Source: an uncultured Bacteroidales bacterium (GTDB lineage: Bacteria > Bacteroidota > Bacteroidia > Bacteroidales > JAADJA01). From it: a stretch of DNA of 51,297 nucleotides. Positions 27,372 through 37,363 of this stretch are shown here, piece after piece. How positions within the stretch are numbered: the stretch's first letter is position 1; each line of letters opens with the position of its first letter. The stretch spans positions 1 through 51,297 of the forward strand of contig CAYOZZ010000381.1 of NCBI GenBank assembly GCA_964408535.1, written 5' to 3'. Under the pieces are notes generated by a model. The model did no database searches, had not been told where the DNA came from, and saw only the letters and a list, made by a program, of their open reading frames with translations. The translations under genes were made by a program, and so were the position numbers.

Positions 27372-29774
27372 TTATGCCGAACCTCTTGTATCAATCTGTT
27401 CTATTTCGAGATCGTTTAATTCGATATCCTCCTCTTCGTCAAATATTTCAAGCAACGGTTCTCTGAATGCTTTTGTTGTAATACGGTTGTCAAGTGTAAG
27501 AATTAATGAAGGAAGCAGGAAAAGATTTGACAACAGTGCAACTATCAGAGTGAAAGCAATAAGATATCCGAGCGACTCTGTACCGCCGAACGACGAAAGA
27601 GTAAAAATGATAAAACCGAAAAACAGAACTACCGAAGAATATACCATACTGAACCCTGTCTCTTTCAATGCGGGAATTACTGAATCCTTTATCCTCCAGT
27701 CATTTATTTTAAGATGTAGTCTGTATCTTGATAAAAAGTGAATTGCATTGTCAACCGATATTCCAAGTGCGATGCTGAAAATCAATACTGTTGACGGTTT
27801 AATCGGAATCCCCACAAATCCCATCATAGCCGCAGTCAGAAGCAACGGAATTATATTAGGGACAAGAGATATCATAATCATCCGTATTGACGTAAACAGC
27901 AGAGCCATCAGGATTGTAATAATTACAAGTGCAAGTAAAAGACTTGTAAACAGATTATTGACCAAATATTTTGTTCCTTTCAGAAAAACGAGTGCCGTAC
28001 CGGTAAAGTAAACATCATATTTTGACGGAGGGAAAATCGAATCTACTCTCGGCCGCAACTCTTCATTAATACGTTGAATCTCAAATGTTCCGAGGTTTGC
28101 CATCTGTGTGCTTATGCGCGTGTAACGTCCGGTAGAATCAACGAAAGAGCTGAGAATAGACTTTTTACCCTTTTCCATCTTCGGAGCATACGAAAAAATA
28201 AAATTTTTCTCCTGATTATTGGGCATTGTGTACATTTTCGGATTCCCGCGATAAAATGCCTGCTTCGAAAACTTGACAACTTCGGCAATTGAAAGCGGTT
28301 TTGAGAGTTCGGGATATGTTTTCAGAACATTTTCCAGCTTGTTGATTCTCTTTATTGTTGACAATTTTTCGACACCCTTTCTCTTCTTCGTATCAATCAT
28401 AATTTCATAAGGCATTACTCCTTTGAAATTCTTTTCAATAAAAATCAGGTCGGTATAAAGCTTGTCGTCTTTGGGAATATCGTCAACAATTCTTCCTGTT
28501 GTTTTCAATCTGCAAATACCGAACACAGCAGCTATCAAAAGTGCGGCGGTTATAAAATAGACAACCTTTCTGTGATAAGAGACAGTGCTTACAACCTTTT
28601 CAATAATTTTACTCACAACACCCCTTTCGAGATGCCGGAAATGGCGTTTTGAAGGTGCAGGCAGGTAGCTGAAAAAGATTGGTATCAGGAAAAGTGTCAT
28701 TACGTATGCTACCAGAATATTTATGGATGCAATAACACCGAATTCGACAAGGAGGCTGTTTCCGGTAACTATAAAGGCTGCGAAACCTGCAGCAGTAGTT
28801 GCGTTTGTCAAAAGGTTTGCATTTCCAATTCGCTGAACCATCCTTGAAAGAGCCTTGACTTTATTCCCGTGACTACGGTACTCCTCGTAATATTTATTAA
28901 GCAGGAAAATACAATTTTCAACAACAATAACAATCAAAAGAGGCGGGAGCACGCCTGTAAGCATTGTTACCCTGTAATTCAGAAGCGACATAGTTCCCAT
29001 AACCCAGATGACTGTAATTACAACTATCAGCATAGGGAAAAAGACCGCCTGAAACGACCTGAAGAAAACCAACAGAATAATTGATGCGACAACCATTGCA
29101 AGAATGACAAAAAACTTCATCTCGTCTTCAAGCATTTTTGCGGTAACTATACGTATGTAGGGCAAGCCCGAATAGTGCGGTTCTATATTGTATTTTTCAC
29201 AAAAATCATCAATCATACTCTTTATTTCGCCGGCAAGCTGAACCCTCCCTTTTGAGTTCAGTTTTTTCTCATCAAGAGTTATGGCTATCAACTGCACATT
29301 AGTCTTTTTGTTAAGCAACAAACCTTCGTAAAACGGCAGGCTGTATGTCACTTTTTTAAGACTGTCAAGCTCTTTTTGGGATTCGGGTTTGCGGGTGACG
29401 ACAGGCCGGAAATCGAATTTTTTAATTGAGTCATTGCGTATCAGCTCAAAAAGTCTTGCGGTGGAAATGACCTCCTGGACACCGTTTATTTTTTTCAGAT
29501 TATATGTCAGATCGTAAAAGTCGTCGAATTCACCAAGCTTGAACAGGTCTTTGTCCTCAATGGCAATAACCATTACCGTACCGTCTTTCCCGAATCTTTG
29601 CTTGAAATCGTTGTAAATAATACTTGCCGTATCCGAAGCAGGCAAAAGGCTTCCGAACTCATACGACATTTTAACCTGTGTGGCCTTGTAACCCATAAAA
29701 CCGGTCAGCAGTACGATGGCAATAAGGTTGCCAAGTCTGTTGCGTAAAATATGTCGTACAAGATAAATCCACAT
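27372..29774 (-). CDS. MMPL/RND-superfamily exporter (two 6-TM sterol-sensing-like bundles; COG1033-type)
   Basis: 800 aa. The pattern N-terminal TM, large periplasmic domain, 5-TM cluster occurs twice. Typical of MMPL/HpnN-like lipid exporters. Confidence 0.85.
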   Translation of the reverse strand: MWIYLVRHILRNRLGNLIAIVLLTGFMGYKATQVKMSYEFGSLLPASDTASIIYNDFKQRFGKDGTVMVIAIEDKDLFKLGEFDDFYDLTYNLKKINGVQEVISTARLFELIRNDSIKKFDFRPVVTRKPESQKELDSLKKVTYSLPFYEGLLLNKKTNVQLIAITLDEKKLNSKGRVQLAGEIKSMIDDFCEKYNIEPHYSGLPYIRIVTAKMLEDEMKFFVILAMVVASIILLVFFRSFQAVFFPMLIVVITVIWVMGTMSLLNYRVTMLTGVLPPLLIVIVVENCIFLLNKYYEEYRSHGNKVKALSRMVQRIGNANLLTNATTAAGFAAFIVTGNSLLVEFGVIASINILVAYVMTLFLIPIFFSYLPAPSKRHFRHLERGVVSKIIEKVVSTVSYHRKVVYFITAALLIAAVFGICRLKTTGRIVDDIPKDDKLYTDLIFIEKNFKGVMPYEIMIDTKKRKGVEKLSTIKRINKLENVLKTYPELSKPLSIAEVVKFSKQAFYRGNPKMYTMPNNQEKNFIFSYAPKMEKGKKSILSSFVDSTGRYTRISTQMANLGTFEIQRINEELRPRVDSIFPPSKYDVYFTGTALVFLKGTKYLVNNLFTSLLLALVIITILMALLFTSIRMIMISLVPNIIPLLLTAAMMGFVGIPIKPSTVLIFSIALGISVDNAIHFLSRYRLHLKINDWRIKDSVIPALKETGFSMVYSSVVLFFGFIIFTLSSFGGTESLGYLIAFTLIVALLSNLFLLPSLILTLDNRITTKAFREPLLEIFDEEEDIELNDLEIEQIDTRGSA

Positions 29775-29829
29775 AGCCGGCTAATCGTATAATTTCCTCA
29801 ATATTAATATTTTTAATTAAAAAGGGATG

Positions 29830-29837
29830 CAAAAGTA
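29830..29837 (-). promoter_or_regulatory. -7 promoter box (TACTTTTG on the minus strand) for the MMPL-rfbA-prenyl synthase operon
   Basis: The reverse complement of CAAAAGTA, 56 nt upstream of the ATG at 29774. Confidence 0.4.
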
Positions 29838-29911
29838 ATATTTTTAGCAGAAAGTTATAAGGAAAAACCGGAAATGTGGAAAATGTTTTATTTTCGGACT
29901 AAGAAAAAGAT

Positions 29912-29919
29912 TATATTTG
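29912..29919 (+). promoter_or_regulatory. -7 promoter box TATATTTG for the AAA/PD-(D/E)xK gene
   Basis: Matches TAnnTTTG. It overlaps the TTG at 29917 offered by the ORF track, which favours the ATG at 29944 as the true start. Confidence 0.4.
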
Positions 29920-29943
29920 CAGTTAATAATAAATGTGATTGTA

Positions 29944-31521
29944 ATGAAAAAGTTGCCTATTGGGATACAAACATTTAGTCAAATAATAGAAAATGAGTAT
30001 TTATATGTTGATAAGACTGGGATTGCATATGATTTGATTGAATCCGGTAAATATTATTTTCTTTCGCGCCCGCGCAGATTTGGTAAATCATTGTTTGTAG
30101 ATACTTTACAGTCGTTGTTTCAGGGTGAAAAAGAATTATTTGAAGGTTTATTTATTTTTGACAAATGGGACTGGGAAAGGAAATATCCTGTCATTAAAAT
30201 ATCTTTTGGCGGTGTGGCAATGAATGTTGAGGTTTTACGAAAAAGCATTATGCTCATACTTGAAGATAACCGGGAACGTCTCGGAGTGAAATGCAATGCA
30301 GGTCTTGATACGGGAAACTGTTTCAGCGAACTGATTAAGCTTACTCGCAAAAAATATAATGAGAATGTTGTTATTCTTGTTGATGAGTATGACCGTCCTT
30401 TGCTTGATAAAATTGATAATCCTGAAATTGCGATTGAAATCCGGGAAGTTATGAGAGACCTGTATTCCAGGATAAAGGAGAACGACAGGTACATTAAGTT
30501 TGCCTTTCTTACAGGAGTTAGTAAATTTTCAAAGGTTTCTATTTTCAGCGGGCTCAATAACCTGAAAGACATAACTCTTGATAAAAAATATGCAACTATT
30601 TGCGGTTATACTCAAAATGATATTGATACTGTTTTTGAAGGGCATTTGAATGGGGCCGATATGGAAAGGGTGAAAGAGTGGTATAACGGATATAATTTTA
30701 ACGGAGAAAATGTTTATAATCCTTTTGATATTCTCCTATTTATTGATACCGGTTTTGTTTTTAAAAATTATTGGTTTGAAACCGGAACTCCGACATTTCT
30801 GATAAAACTGATAAAAGAAAAAAAATTTTTTTTACCGCAACTTGAAAATCTCAAAGTTAATCATACCATTCTTGAGAGTTTTGATATTGATAATATAAGA
30901 ATTGAAGCGGTTTTGTTTCAATCGGGATACCTGACTTTAAATAAAGTTATTGATCTACCTTTCGGCGGTCTGGAATATCAGTTACGTATTCCCAATAAGG
31001 AGATAATGTTATCGTTAAATGAAGTATTAATTGATTTTCTAACCAATGATAATACGGCGACCCAAAAACGTACAGACCTTTTTAATGCCTTGCAAAATGG
31101 CGATTTGGAATATCTTGGGCAATCAATAGAATCGCTGTTCGTATCAATTCCTTATAACAACTACGTTAAAAATAATCTTGTACATTATGAAGGATATTAT
31201 GCAAGTGTTATTTATGCATATCTTGCTTCACTCGGGCTGCAAATAATTGCCGAAGATATCACCAATAAGGGCAGGATTGACCTGACATTGTTTGTCAGGG
31301 ACAGGAACAGGGTGATAAAGAATGTGTATGTCATTGAATTTAAAGTAGTGCCTGATAAAACAGGTAAGCAGGAAAACTCTGCATTAAAACAGATTAAAGA
31401 GAAGCAGTATCATAAAAAATATACGACAGGCTACAAATATAAAGGTCTTTACCTTGTCGGAATAGAATTCGACAGCAACGAAAAAAATATCTCATCATTT
31501 CAATGGGAAAAGGTTAACTAA
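29944..31521 (+). CDS. AAA-ATPase-like domain fused to a PD-(D/E)xK nuclease-like domain (PF09820 + PF08011-type architecture)
   Basis: About 525 aa from MKKLPIGIQTFSQIIENEYLYVDKTG. Walker A RPRRFGKS, Walker B VVILVDEYD, C-terminal GRIDL...VYVIEFK (D...ExK). Confidence 0.8.
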   Translation: MKKLPIGIQTFSQIIENEYLYVDKTGIAYDLIESGKYYFLSRPRRFGKSLFVDTLQSLFQGEKELFEGLFIFDKWDWERKYPVIKISFGGVAMNVEVLRKSIMLILEDNRERLGVKCNAGLDTGNCFSELIKLTRKKYNENVVILVDEYDRPLLDKIDNPEIAIEIREVMRDLYSRIKENDRYIKFAFLTGVSKFSKVSIFSGLNNLKDITLDKKYATICGYTQNDIDTVFEGHLNGADMERVKEWYNGYNFNGENVYNPFDILLFIDTGFVFKNYWFETGTPTFLIKLIKEKKFFLPQLENLKVNHTILESFDIDNIRIEAVLFQSGYLTLNKVIDLPFGGLEYQLRIPNKEIMLSLNEVLIDFLTNDNTATQKRTDLFNALQNGDLEYLGQSIESLFVSIPYNNYVKNNLVHYEGYYASVIYAYLASLGLQIIAEDITNKGRIDLTLFVRDRNRVIKNVYVIEFKVVPDKTGKQENSALKQIKEKQYHKKYTTGYKYKGLYLVGIEFDSNEKNISSFQWEKVN

Positions 31522-32738
31522 TCCCAGTTCAAAATTTTCAAAAAGTCGAATTCCTCGGGTTTTTCTACATATTGCTTTGCAGCCTCATAGTCGGTTTCTC
31601 TGATAAAGTGCAGGTTATTTCGAATTACAAGTTGCGACTTTTGACTGTTTATATCAACAAGTCTCGGCTTTACTTTGCCGTTTTCATCTTCAACATCTTT
31701 CAGGTAAAGAGGTGAAATATCCCCTTTGGGGTCGGCAGTAACCATACAACCTGTTTTACCCTCATCGAACAGTTTTTTTACACCTATACCGAGAAGTGAG
31801 CAGTATAAAAGGTCAAAAGCGGTTGGAATAACACATCGCAGTTCATAACCAAGCTCAACAGGACGGCTTTTAACGTTAATATTTAATTCTTTCAGTCTGC
31901 GCTGAATCAATAAGTTGAAAATATGGGCTTTACTGACATTTCCCAGTTCGGGATGTCCGTGGTCGTCATAGGTAAAATTAATTCCCGTTGCTTCAATTTC
32001 GGTATCCGTCATAAAATGGAAAACACCCTCGCTGATTATCGCCGCACCATAGTTAATTCCGAGTATTTTGCGCTTGATTATTGATGAAATAACAAGATTT
32101 GTAATTTTCTCAAATGACGGTCTTGACCGGTCAAACATCTCAGGAATAACAATCATCGGGTAATGGCAGGAAGCACCGATGCCGAATGCAAGATGTCCTG
32201 CTTCGCGTCCCATTGCAGACACTACAAACCAGTTACCGCTTGTGCGTGCATCCTCATAAACGGTAGCGGCAATTCTTACTCCGGCTTCTTTAGCCGACTC
32301 ATATCCGAATGTCGGCGACCCTTCGGGAAGCGGTAAATCGTTATCTATGGTTTTCGGAACATGAATATTCTGAATGCTGACATTATTTTCGTGAAGATAT
32401 TTGGAAATACGGTTCGCCGTTGATGCTGTATCGTCGCCTCCTATCGTAACAAGAAGTTTTACATTGTTTTCGGTAAAAAAACCGGGATTAAACTCTTCGT
32501 CTTTCGGTTTATGGCGACTCATTCTCAAAAACGAGCCTCCCTGGTTCATTATTTTATCACATCTTTCAAAATCCATTTCAACCAGCTCTTGTTTCTTGGC
32601 AAACAGACCTTTATAGCCATCGTGAATGCCAATTACCCTGTATCCCTCTTTTAAAAAAACTTTGGCAACCGATGCCGTCACAGTGTTTATTCCGGGAGCA
32701 GGACCGCCGCCTGCAAGTATTGCTATTGCTTTTTTCAT
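31518..32738 (-). CDS. pfp: 6-phosphofructokinase with pyrophosphate-dependent-type signature residues
   Basis: 406 aa. AILAGGGPAPGIN; GGDDT (Asp where ATP-PFKs have GGDGS) and PKTIDND (Lys where ATP-PFKs have Gly). Its stop overlaps the stop of the convergent gene. Confidence 0.85.
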   Translation of the reverse strand: MKKAIAILAGGGPAPGINTVTASVAKVFLKEGYRVIGIHDGYKGLFAKKQELVEMDFERCDKIMNQGGSFLRMSRHKPKDEEFNPGFFTENNVKLLVTIGGDDTASTANRISKYLHENNVSIQNIHVPKTIDNDLPLPEGSPTFGYESAKEAGVRIAATVYEDARTSGNWFVVSAMGREAGHLAFGIGASCHYPMIVIPEMFDRSRPSFEKITNLVISSIIKRKILGINYGAAIISEGVFHFMTDTEIEATGINFTYDDHGHPELGNVSKAHIFNLLIQRRLKELNINVKSRPVELGYELRCVIPTAFDLLYCSLLGIGVKKLFDEGKTGCMVTADPKGDISPLYLKDVEDENGKVKPRLVDINSQKSQLVIRNNLHFIRETDYEAAKQYVEKPEEFDFLKILNWD

Positions 32739-32763
32739 CTCTGTACAATTAATAATATCGGCA

Positions 32764-32771
32764 CAAAGATA
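32764..32771 (-). promoter_or_regulatory. -7 promoter box (TATCTTTG on the minus strand) for the phosphofructokinase gene
   Basis: The reverse complement of CAAAGATA, about 26 nt upstream of the ATG at 32738. Confidence 0.4.
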
Positions 32772-32798
32772 AAAGATAATTGTAAATAATTCCGGTAC

Positions 32799-33620
32799 TT
32801 ATTCCACAAAAATAGTATCGGTTACAACTGAGCAGGCTGTGAAATATCCAAGTCCTCCGTTGGTGATATTGGAAGGCAAATTTCCCCTTTCTTCATCAAA
32901 TAGTGAGCCCTGCCATACGGTTTCGGCATTAAGTGCCCTGAGATATTCCGCATAATCATCGGTTAATGAATACTTTCGCTCAATTATAATACTGCCCTTT
33001 GGGAAAAATACCTCTTCTTTGTCAGGTGCGAAAAGTGCAATAATATCTAATGTTTTAAAAGTATAGTAAAACAATTTTTCAGATGTCGGTTCCCCGGGTG
33101 AATTATTCGGAAGATGCGACCAGTCAATTAATATTTCATACATATTTTGTGTCTCGGCATCATAATCCGAAGCTACCCAGCCTATTTTAAATAAGCTGTC
33201 TTTATTATCGGCAGGTGCATAAATCAATGGCGTAAGCGGTATGACAGGAACAATTTGGGTCTCTGCATTGTAGGTCTTTCCGTTATAAATTATTGAAAGA
33301 TAATATGTTTGTCCCAATGTTGCTGCAAACGAAATATCACTGAGGTAAACTCCGGGATTATCAATGCTTTCGGTACAGTCTGTAGATTGATTTCCATTGC
33401 TTAGCGATACTTCTGCACCTGTCACAGGTAAAGGTTGCTGATTTTGGGATGACATCGGCCTGGTGAGCTTAATCTCCTGGTGCCGAACCTCATTTGTTAG
33501 TATTGCCTCAACCACAATTGTGTCGGGTATGTCAATTGGAAATTCCTTGCCGGCTTTTTCTTCACAACTGCCGGACATTATCGTAATCAAAAGAATTAGT
33601 ATTGTCTTGTTTTTTATCAT
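32799..33620 (-). CDS. DUF4249-like lipoprotein
   Basis: 273 aa. Lipoprotein signal (...IMSGSC). Positioned immediately downstream of a TonB-dependent receptor, as is typical for this family. Confidence 0.7.
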   Translation of the reverse strand: MIKNKTILILLITIMSGSCEEKAGKEFPIDIPDTIVVEAILTNEVRHQEIKLTRPMSSQNQQPLPVTGAEVSLSNGNQSTDCTESIDNPGVYLSDISFAATLGQTYYLSIIYNGKTYNAETQIVPVIPLTPLIYAPADNKDSLFKIGWVASDYDAETQNMYEILIDWSHLPNNSPGEPTSEKLFYYTFKTLDIIALFAPDKEEVFFPKGSIIIERKYSLTDDYAEYLRALNAETVWQGSLFDEERGNLPSNITNGGLGYFTACSVVTDTIFVE

Positions 33621-33663
33621 TATTTTTCACATTTTCAAAACATTCAATTATTAATCCAGCAAC

Positions 33664-36279
33664 CTACAATCTCAGCTTATAAGTTAACGACGGAACAGCT
33701 CCCATCAGGTAAAACTGTGTCGTTACATATTCTCTACCTCCGTATAAATCGGCAGGGACGACAAATTTTCCGTTTTTTGTTTCCACCTTGTTTGTGTTGT
33801 ACCAAACAGGATTGTGCCTGTTGTAAACATTAAAAAGAGCAAATGACAAACTGTGCATAAAATGTCGTCTTCTCTTGTTCAGCCTGTATTCCATTGAAAA
33901 ATCCAGACGATGATAATCGGGCAGACGGTCATTATGCTTATCACCGTAAACGGGGACGGAATAACCGTTATAATCATAAAATGCAACAGGCGTTGTAATA
34001 GCCGAGCCGGTATAATAAATCCAGTTTGCCGACATTTTAAAACGTTCGGTGAACTGATACGAAAGGTTTACCGAAAAATCATTCGGTCTGTCGTAGAACG
34101 CCGGAAACTCTTTCCCGTTATTTACATCTTTCATCTGTTTAAACGTTCTTGAATATGTATAACTTAGCCATCCCGACAGTCTCCCTTTTGTTTTTTTCAG
34201 AAAAAATTCAATCCCATACGACCAGGCATCGCCAAAGCGCAATTCCCCTTCGATCAACGGATTTAAAAGCAGGTTTGCATGCGACTCATATTCAATCTGA
34301 TGCCGCATATATTTATAGTATGCTTCCGTAGTAAATTTCAGATTGAGTTTACCGAACAATTTTTCAAATCCGATGGCAACCTGATCGGCTCGTTGGGGTT
34401 TGATATTTGTTCCTGCCGGCATCCAGACTTCAAATGATGAAAACGGCCCGATGGAATTTGAAAGCATTTGAATATATTGATGGTAAATACCGTAGCTCAG
34501 CGTAACAGAAGCCCCCGGGGTGACTCTGTACTTCAGACTGAGGCGCGGGTCAAGGTTCACAAATGTAATATAGGTCTTACTTCCGTCAAATGTAAGTGTG
34601 TCTTTTACGCTGTAATTGGTATCGAATGTATAGACCGTGGTCGGCCCCCTGTTCGACCAGACCGGCATTCTTAAACCGAAACGGTATGAAATTTTTTTTG
34701 TAACCTGATGCTCGATATTTGTATAAAAGGCACTCTTGGCAGAGCGGTTCCCGGGAACCCTGGGAATGTAAAACGCCGATGTGTCGTAAGTAAGATTACC
34801 GGGATTGAATTTATGAAAAGTTTGATTGAAACCAAACCGGAAGGTTATTTCAGGATTCATAAAGTATGTAAAATCGGCTTTTATACTGTAATTTGAAATT
34901 GCTGATATCCAGTGAGTTCCCTTTTCTGCAAGATCGTATTTATAAGAGCTGCCGTAAATTGTAAGATTTGAAAACAATCTGTTACTGAATATGTGATTCC
35001 ATCTGAATGTGGAAATCAGATTTGTCCAGATAACACCATTGTGACCCGATACATTTTTATTGTCAAGATAATCTTTACCGGTATAAAATGAAAAGTATAT
35101 CCTGTTATTATTATTGATTTGCCAGTTAAGTTTTGCATTTACATCATAGAAATAGAGATCAAGGGCGGGATTTTGTTTTCTGTACATCCACTGGAAGTTC
35201 GAATGGCGGAAAGATGTATAAAAAGAGCATTTTTCCTTAACCACCGGCCCTTCAACGGAGGCTCTGTATAGGAACGGACTAAGGACACCGTTTGCCTCGA
35301 ACCTGTTCAGGTTACCCTCTTTCGTGTTAATTTTGATAAGTGACGACAAAGGGTCGCCTTCGTTCACAGGCATATCGCTTTTGTATATCCGTATGTCTTT
35401 TGTCACTTCCGGAATAATTACCGAATAAAATCCGAAAAGATGAGCAGGATTGTAAACAGGGGCTTCATCAATAAGGATAAGGTTCTGGTCTTTGTTACCG
35501 CCTCTGACAAAAAAAAAGGCTGAGCCGTCACTGTGGGTTTCAATTCCGGGAAGCGTCTGCAAACTCTTAACCAGCCCCGTTTCGCCGGCAAATTCAGGAA
35601 GCTTGCTGATATTTACAGGAGTTAACCTGATACGGCTCATCTGACTTTTTCCGGGCATCTCTTCCTCAGGTTTCGATTCAACGACAACACCCTTTAAAAG
35701 ATTATAATCCGGTTTCAAACTCCGGTTAAGGACCATGTCTTTATCAAGATTGATTTCAAAACTCTGCAAATTATAACCGACATAGGAAATATTCAGTTTG
35801 TATTTCCCTTCAGGCAGTGTAAGTGAAAAGAAACCGTAAGAATTTGTTATTGTCCCGGTAAGTAAACTGTCAACCGAAACCGTTGCTCCGATTAAACTTT
35901 CTCCTGTTTCTAGGTCTTTTATTGTTCCGCTGACAGTATGTTTTTTCCCGGACTGTTTCTTCTTCCTTTTTTTTAGAATAATTTGCTTTTCAACCAGCAA
36001 ATAATCAATGTCCGTTTCCTCTGACAGTTTTTTAAGTAGTTGTTTTACAGTGTATTCTTTTTCTTTGACGGAAAGTTTCTTTTTCACATCAATATTTTGT
36101 TTGCTGTACGAGAAATTAATTCCGGTTTGATTGTTAATCTCTTTAATAAGTTCTTCAACGGTTATTTCCTGCTTGGAAACAGTTACCTTTTGTAATAATA
36201 GATCGGTTTGACACAGCGACTGAAAGCCCGAAACTAAAAAAATAAACACAAGTATATATTTGGTCTGTTGTTTTTGCAT
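33664..36279 (-). CDS. TonB-dependent receptor/transducer with N-terminal STN signalling domain and carboxypeptidase-regulatory-like domain
   Basis: 871 aa. Signal peptide, STN-like EELIKEINNQTGINFSYS, VSGTIKDLETGESLIGATVSV, plug and beta-barrel, and a C-terminal aromatic-rich strand. Confidence 0.9.
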   Translation of the reverse strand: MQKQQTKYILVFIFLVSGFQSLCQTDLLLQKVTVSKQEITVEELIKEINNQTGINFSYSKQNIDVKKKLSVKEKEYTVKQLLKKLSEETDIDYLLVEKQIILKKRKKKQSGKKHTVSGTIKDLETGESLIGATVSVDSLLTGTITNSYGFFSLTLPEGKYKLNISYVGYNLQSFEINLDKDMVLNRSLKPDYNLLKGVVVESKPEEEMPGKSQMSRIRLTPVNISKLPEFAGETGLVKSLQTLPGIETHSDGSAFFFVRGGNKDQNLILIDEAPVYNPAHLFGFYSVIIPEVTKDIRIYKSDMPVNEGDPLSSLIKINTKEGNLNRFEANGVLSPFLYRASVEGPVVKEKCSFYTSFRHSNFQWMYRKQNPALDLYFYDVNAKLNWQINNNNRIYFSFYTGKDYLDNKNVSGHNGVIWTNLISTFRWNHIFSNRLFSNLTIYGSSYKYDLAEKGTHWISAISNYSIKADFTYFMNPEITFRFGFNQTFHKFNPGNLTYDTSAFYIPRVPGNRSAKSAFYTNIEHQVTKKISYRFGLRMPVWSNRGPTTVYTFDTNYSVKDTLTFDGSKTYITFVNLDPRLSLKYRVTPGASVTLSYGIYHQYIQMLSNSIGPFSSFEVWMPAGTNIKPQRADQVAIGFEKLFGKLNLKFTTEAYYKYMRHQIEYESHANLLLNPLIEGELRFGDAWSYGIEFFLKKTKGRLSGWLSYTYSRTFKQMKDVNNGKEFPAFYDRPNDFSVNLSYQFTERFKMSANWIYYTGSAITTPVAFYDYNGYSVPVYGDKHNDRLPDYHRLDFSMEYRLNKRRRHFMHSLSFALFNVYNRHNPVWYNTNKVETKNGKFVVPADLYGGREYVTTQFYLMGAVPSLTYKLRL

Positions 36280-36307
36280 TAAAATATTATTGTTGATAGT
36301 GACTCAC

Positions 36308-37345
36308 CTAATCACACCCTTCCCCCGTAATCAATATCTTATTATCTTTTTTAACAACCGACAAATCAAAAGTTTCCGTTAAAATATTAAGTACGGCATC
36401 AAGCGATAAATTGTCGTAAACAGCTGTAAGTCTGCAATCATTCAAAGCCCCGCCGGACAATTCAATACTTACATCATAGGCTTCCGATATATCTCTGACG
36501 ACATCAGCAAGAGGGTCATCCTCAAAAATAAATTTCTTCGTTTTCCAGGCGAGATAGTTACGGCTTTTGTTCGTCTCTTTAATAAGTTCTCCCGTCGTTT
36601 TTGAGAAGACACCCCGGTCGCCCTTGGAAAGAATTATCTCTTTACCGGTTTCCGCCCTTAAGGCCACCTTGCCCGTATTAACGATAACTTCAACAAACGG
36701 ATTGTCAGGTCTTGCATCAACATTGAAAGATGTTCCGAGAACCTCAATCAGGGTATTTTCCGCTTCGATAATAAACGGCTTTTCCTCGTTTCGTTTTACT
36801 TCAAAAAAGGCTTCTCCTTTTAGCAATACTTTTCTGTTTTTTCTTCCGAATTTTTCAGGATAAGTAATCACCGAGTTTTTATTTAAAGCAACAATTGTCC
36901 CGTCGGGAAGCGTTGCCGACTTAACCGATTCCATTGCTATTACATTTTCAACACCCGGTTTTGCAATTATTCTGTAAAGAAAAAATGAAGCGGTCAGTGC
37001 AATCAGAACGATGGCTGCAATTTTCAAAATATGTGTAAATGATTTTTCCGGTGGTAGTGTCCGAACTTTTCCGGTATCTTTTTCTTCTCCGGCAAACAGA
37101 ATGTTCTCCAGTTTATGCCATTCCTTATCAATATCCGTGTCAACAACCGGTTTTGTTGTCTGTGTCAGTATCCAGGCCTGCCTGTAGCGGTTGAACAGTT
37201 TTTTATTCTCATCACCGGAAAGCACCCATTTTTCAAGTAAAGCAACCTCCTCTTTTGTTGCCTCATTTGCGAGGTATTTTCCTGTCAGTATTGAATAGTC
37301 CGTATGTTCGCCGTTATTTTTCATTGTTGTTCGTTCATTGTACAC
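36308..37345 (-). CDS. FecR-family anti-sigma factor
   Basis: 345 aa. N-terminal cytoplasmic region (LLEKWV...), a single TM (ILKIAAIVLIALTASFFLY), and a periplasmic FecR domain. An alternative start exists at 37324. Confidence 0.85.
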   Translation of the reverse strand: MYNERTTMKNNGEHTDYSILTGKYLANEATKEEVALLEKWVLSGDENKKLFNRYRQAWILTQTTKPVVDTDIDKEWHKLENILFAGEEKDTGKVRTLPPEKSFTHILKIAAIVLIALTASFFLYRIIAKPGVENVIAMESVKSATLPDGTIVALNKNSVITYPEKFGRKNRKVLLKGEAFFEVKRNEEKPFIIEAENTLIEVLGTSFNVDARPDNPFVEVIVNTGKVALRAETGKEIILSKGDRGVFSKTTGELIKETNKSRNYLAWKTKKFIFEDDPLADVVRDISEAYDVSIELSGGALNDCRLTAVYDNLSLDAVLNILTETFDLSVVKKDNKILITGEGCD

Positions 37346-37363
37346 CTGAAATCAGTTCTACCC

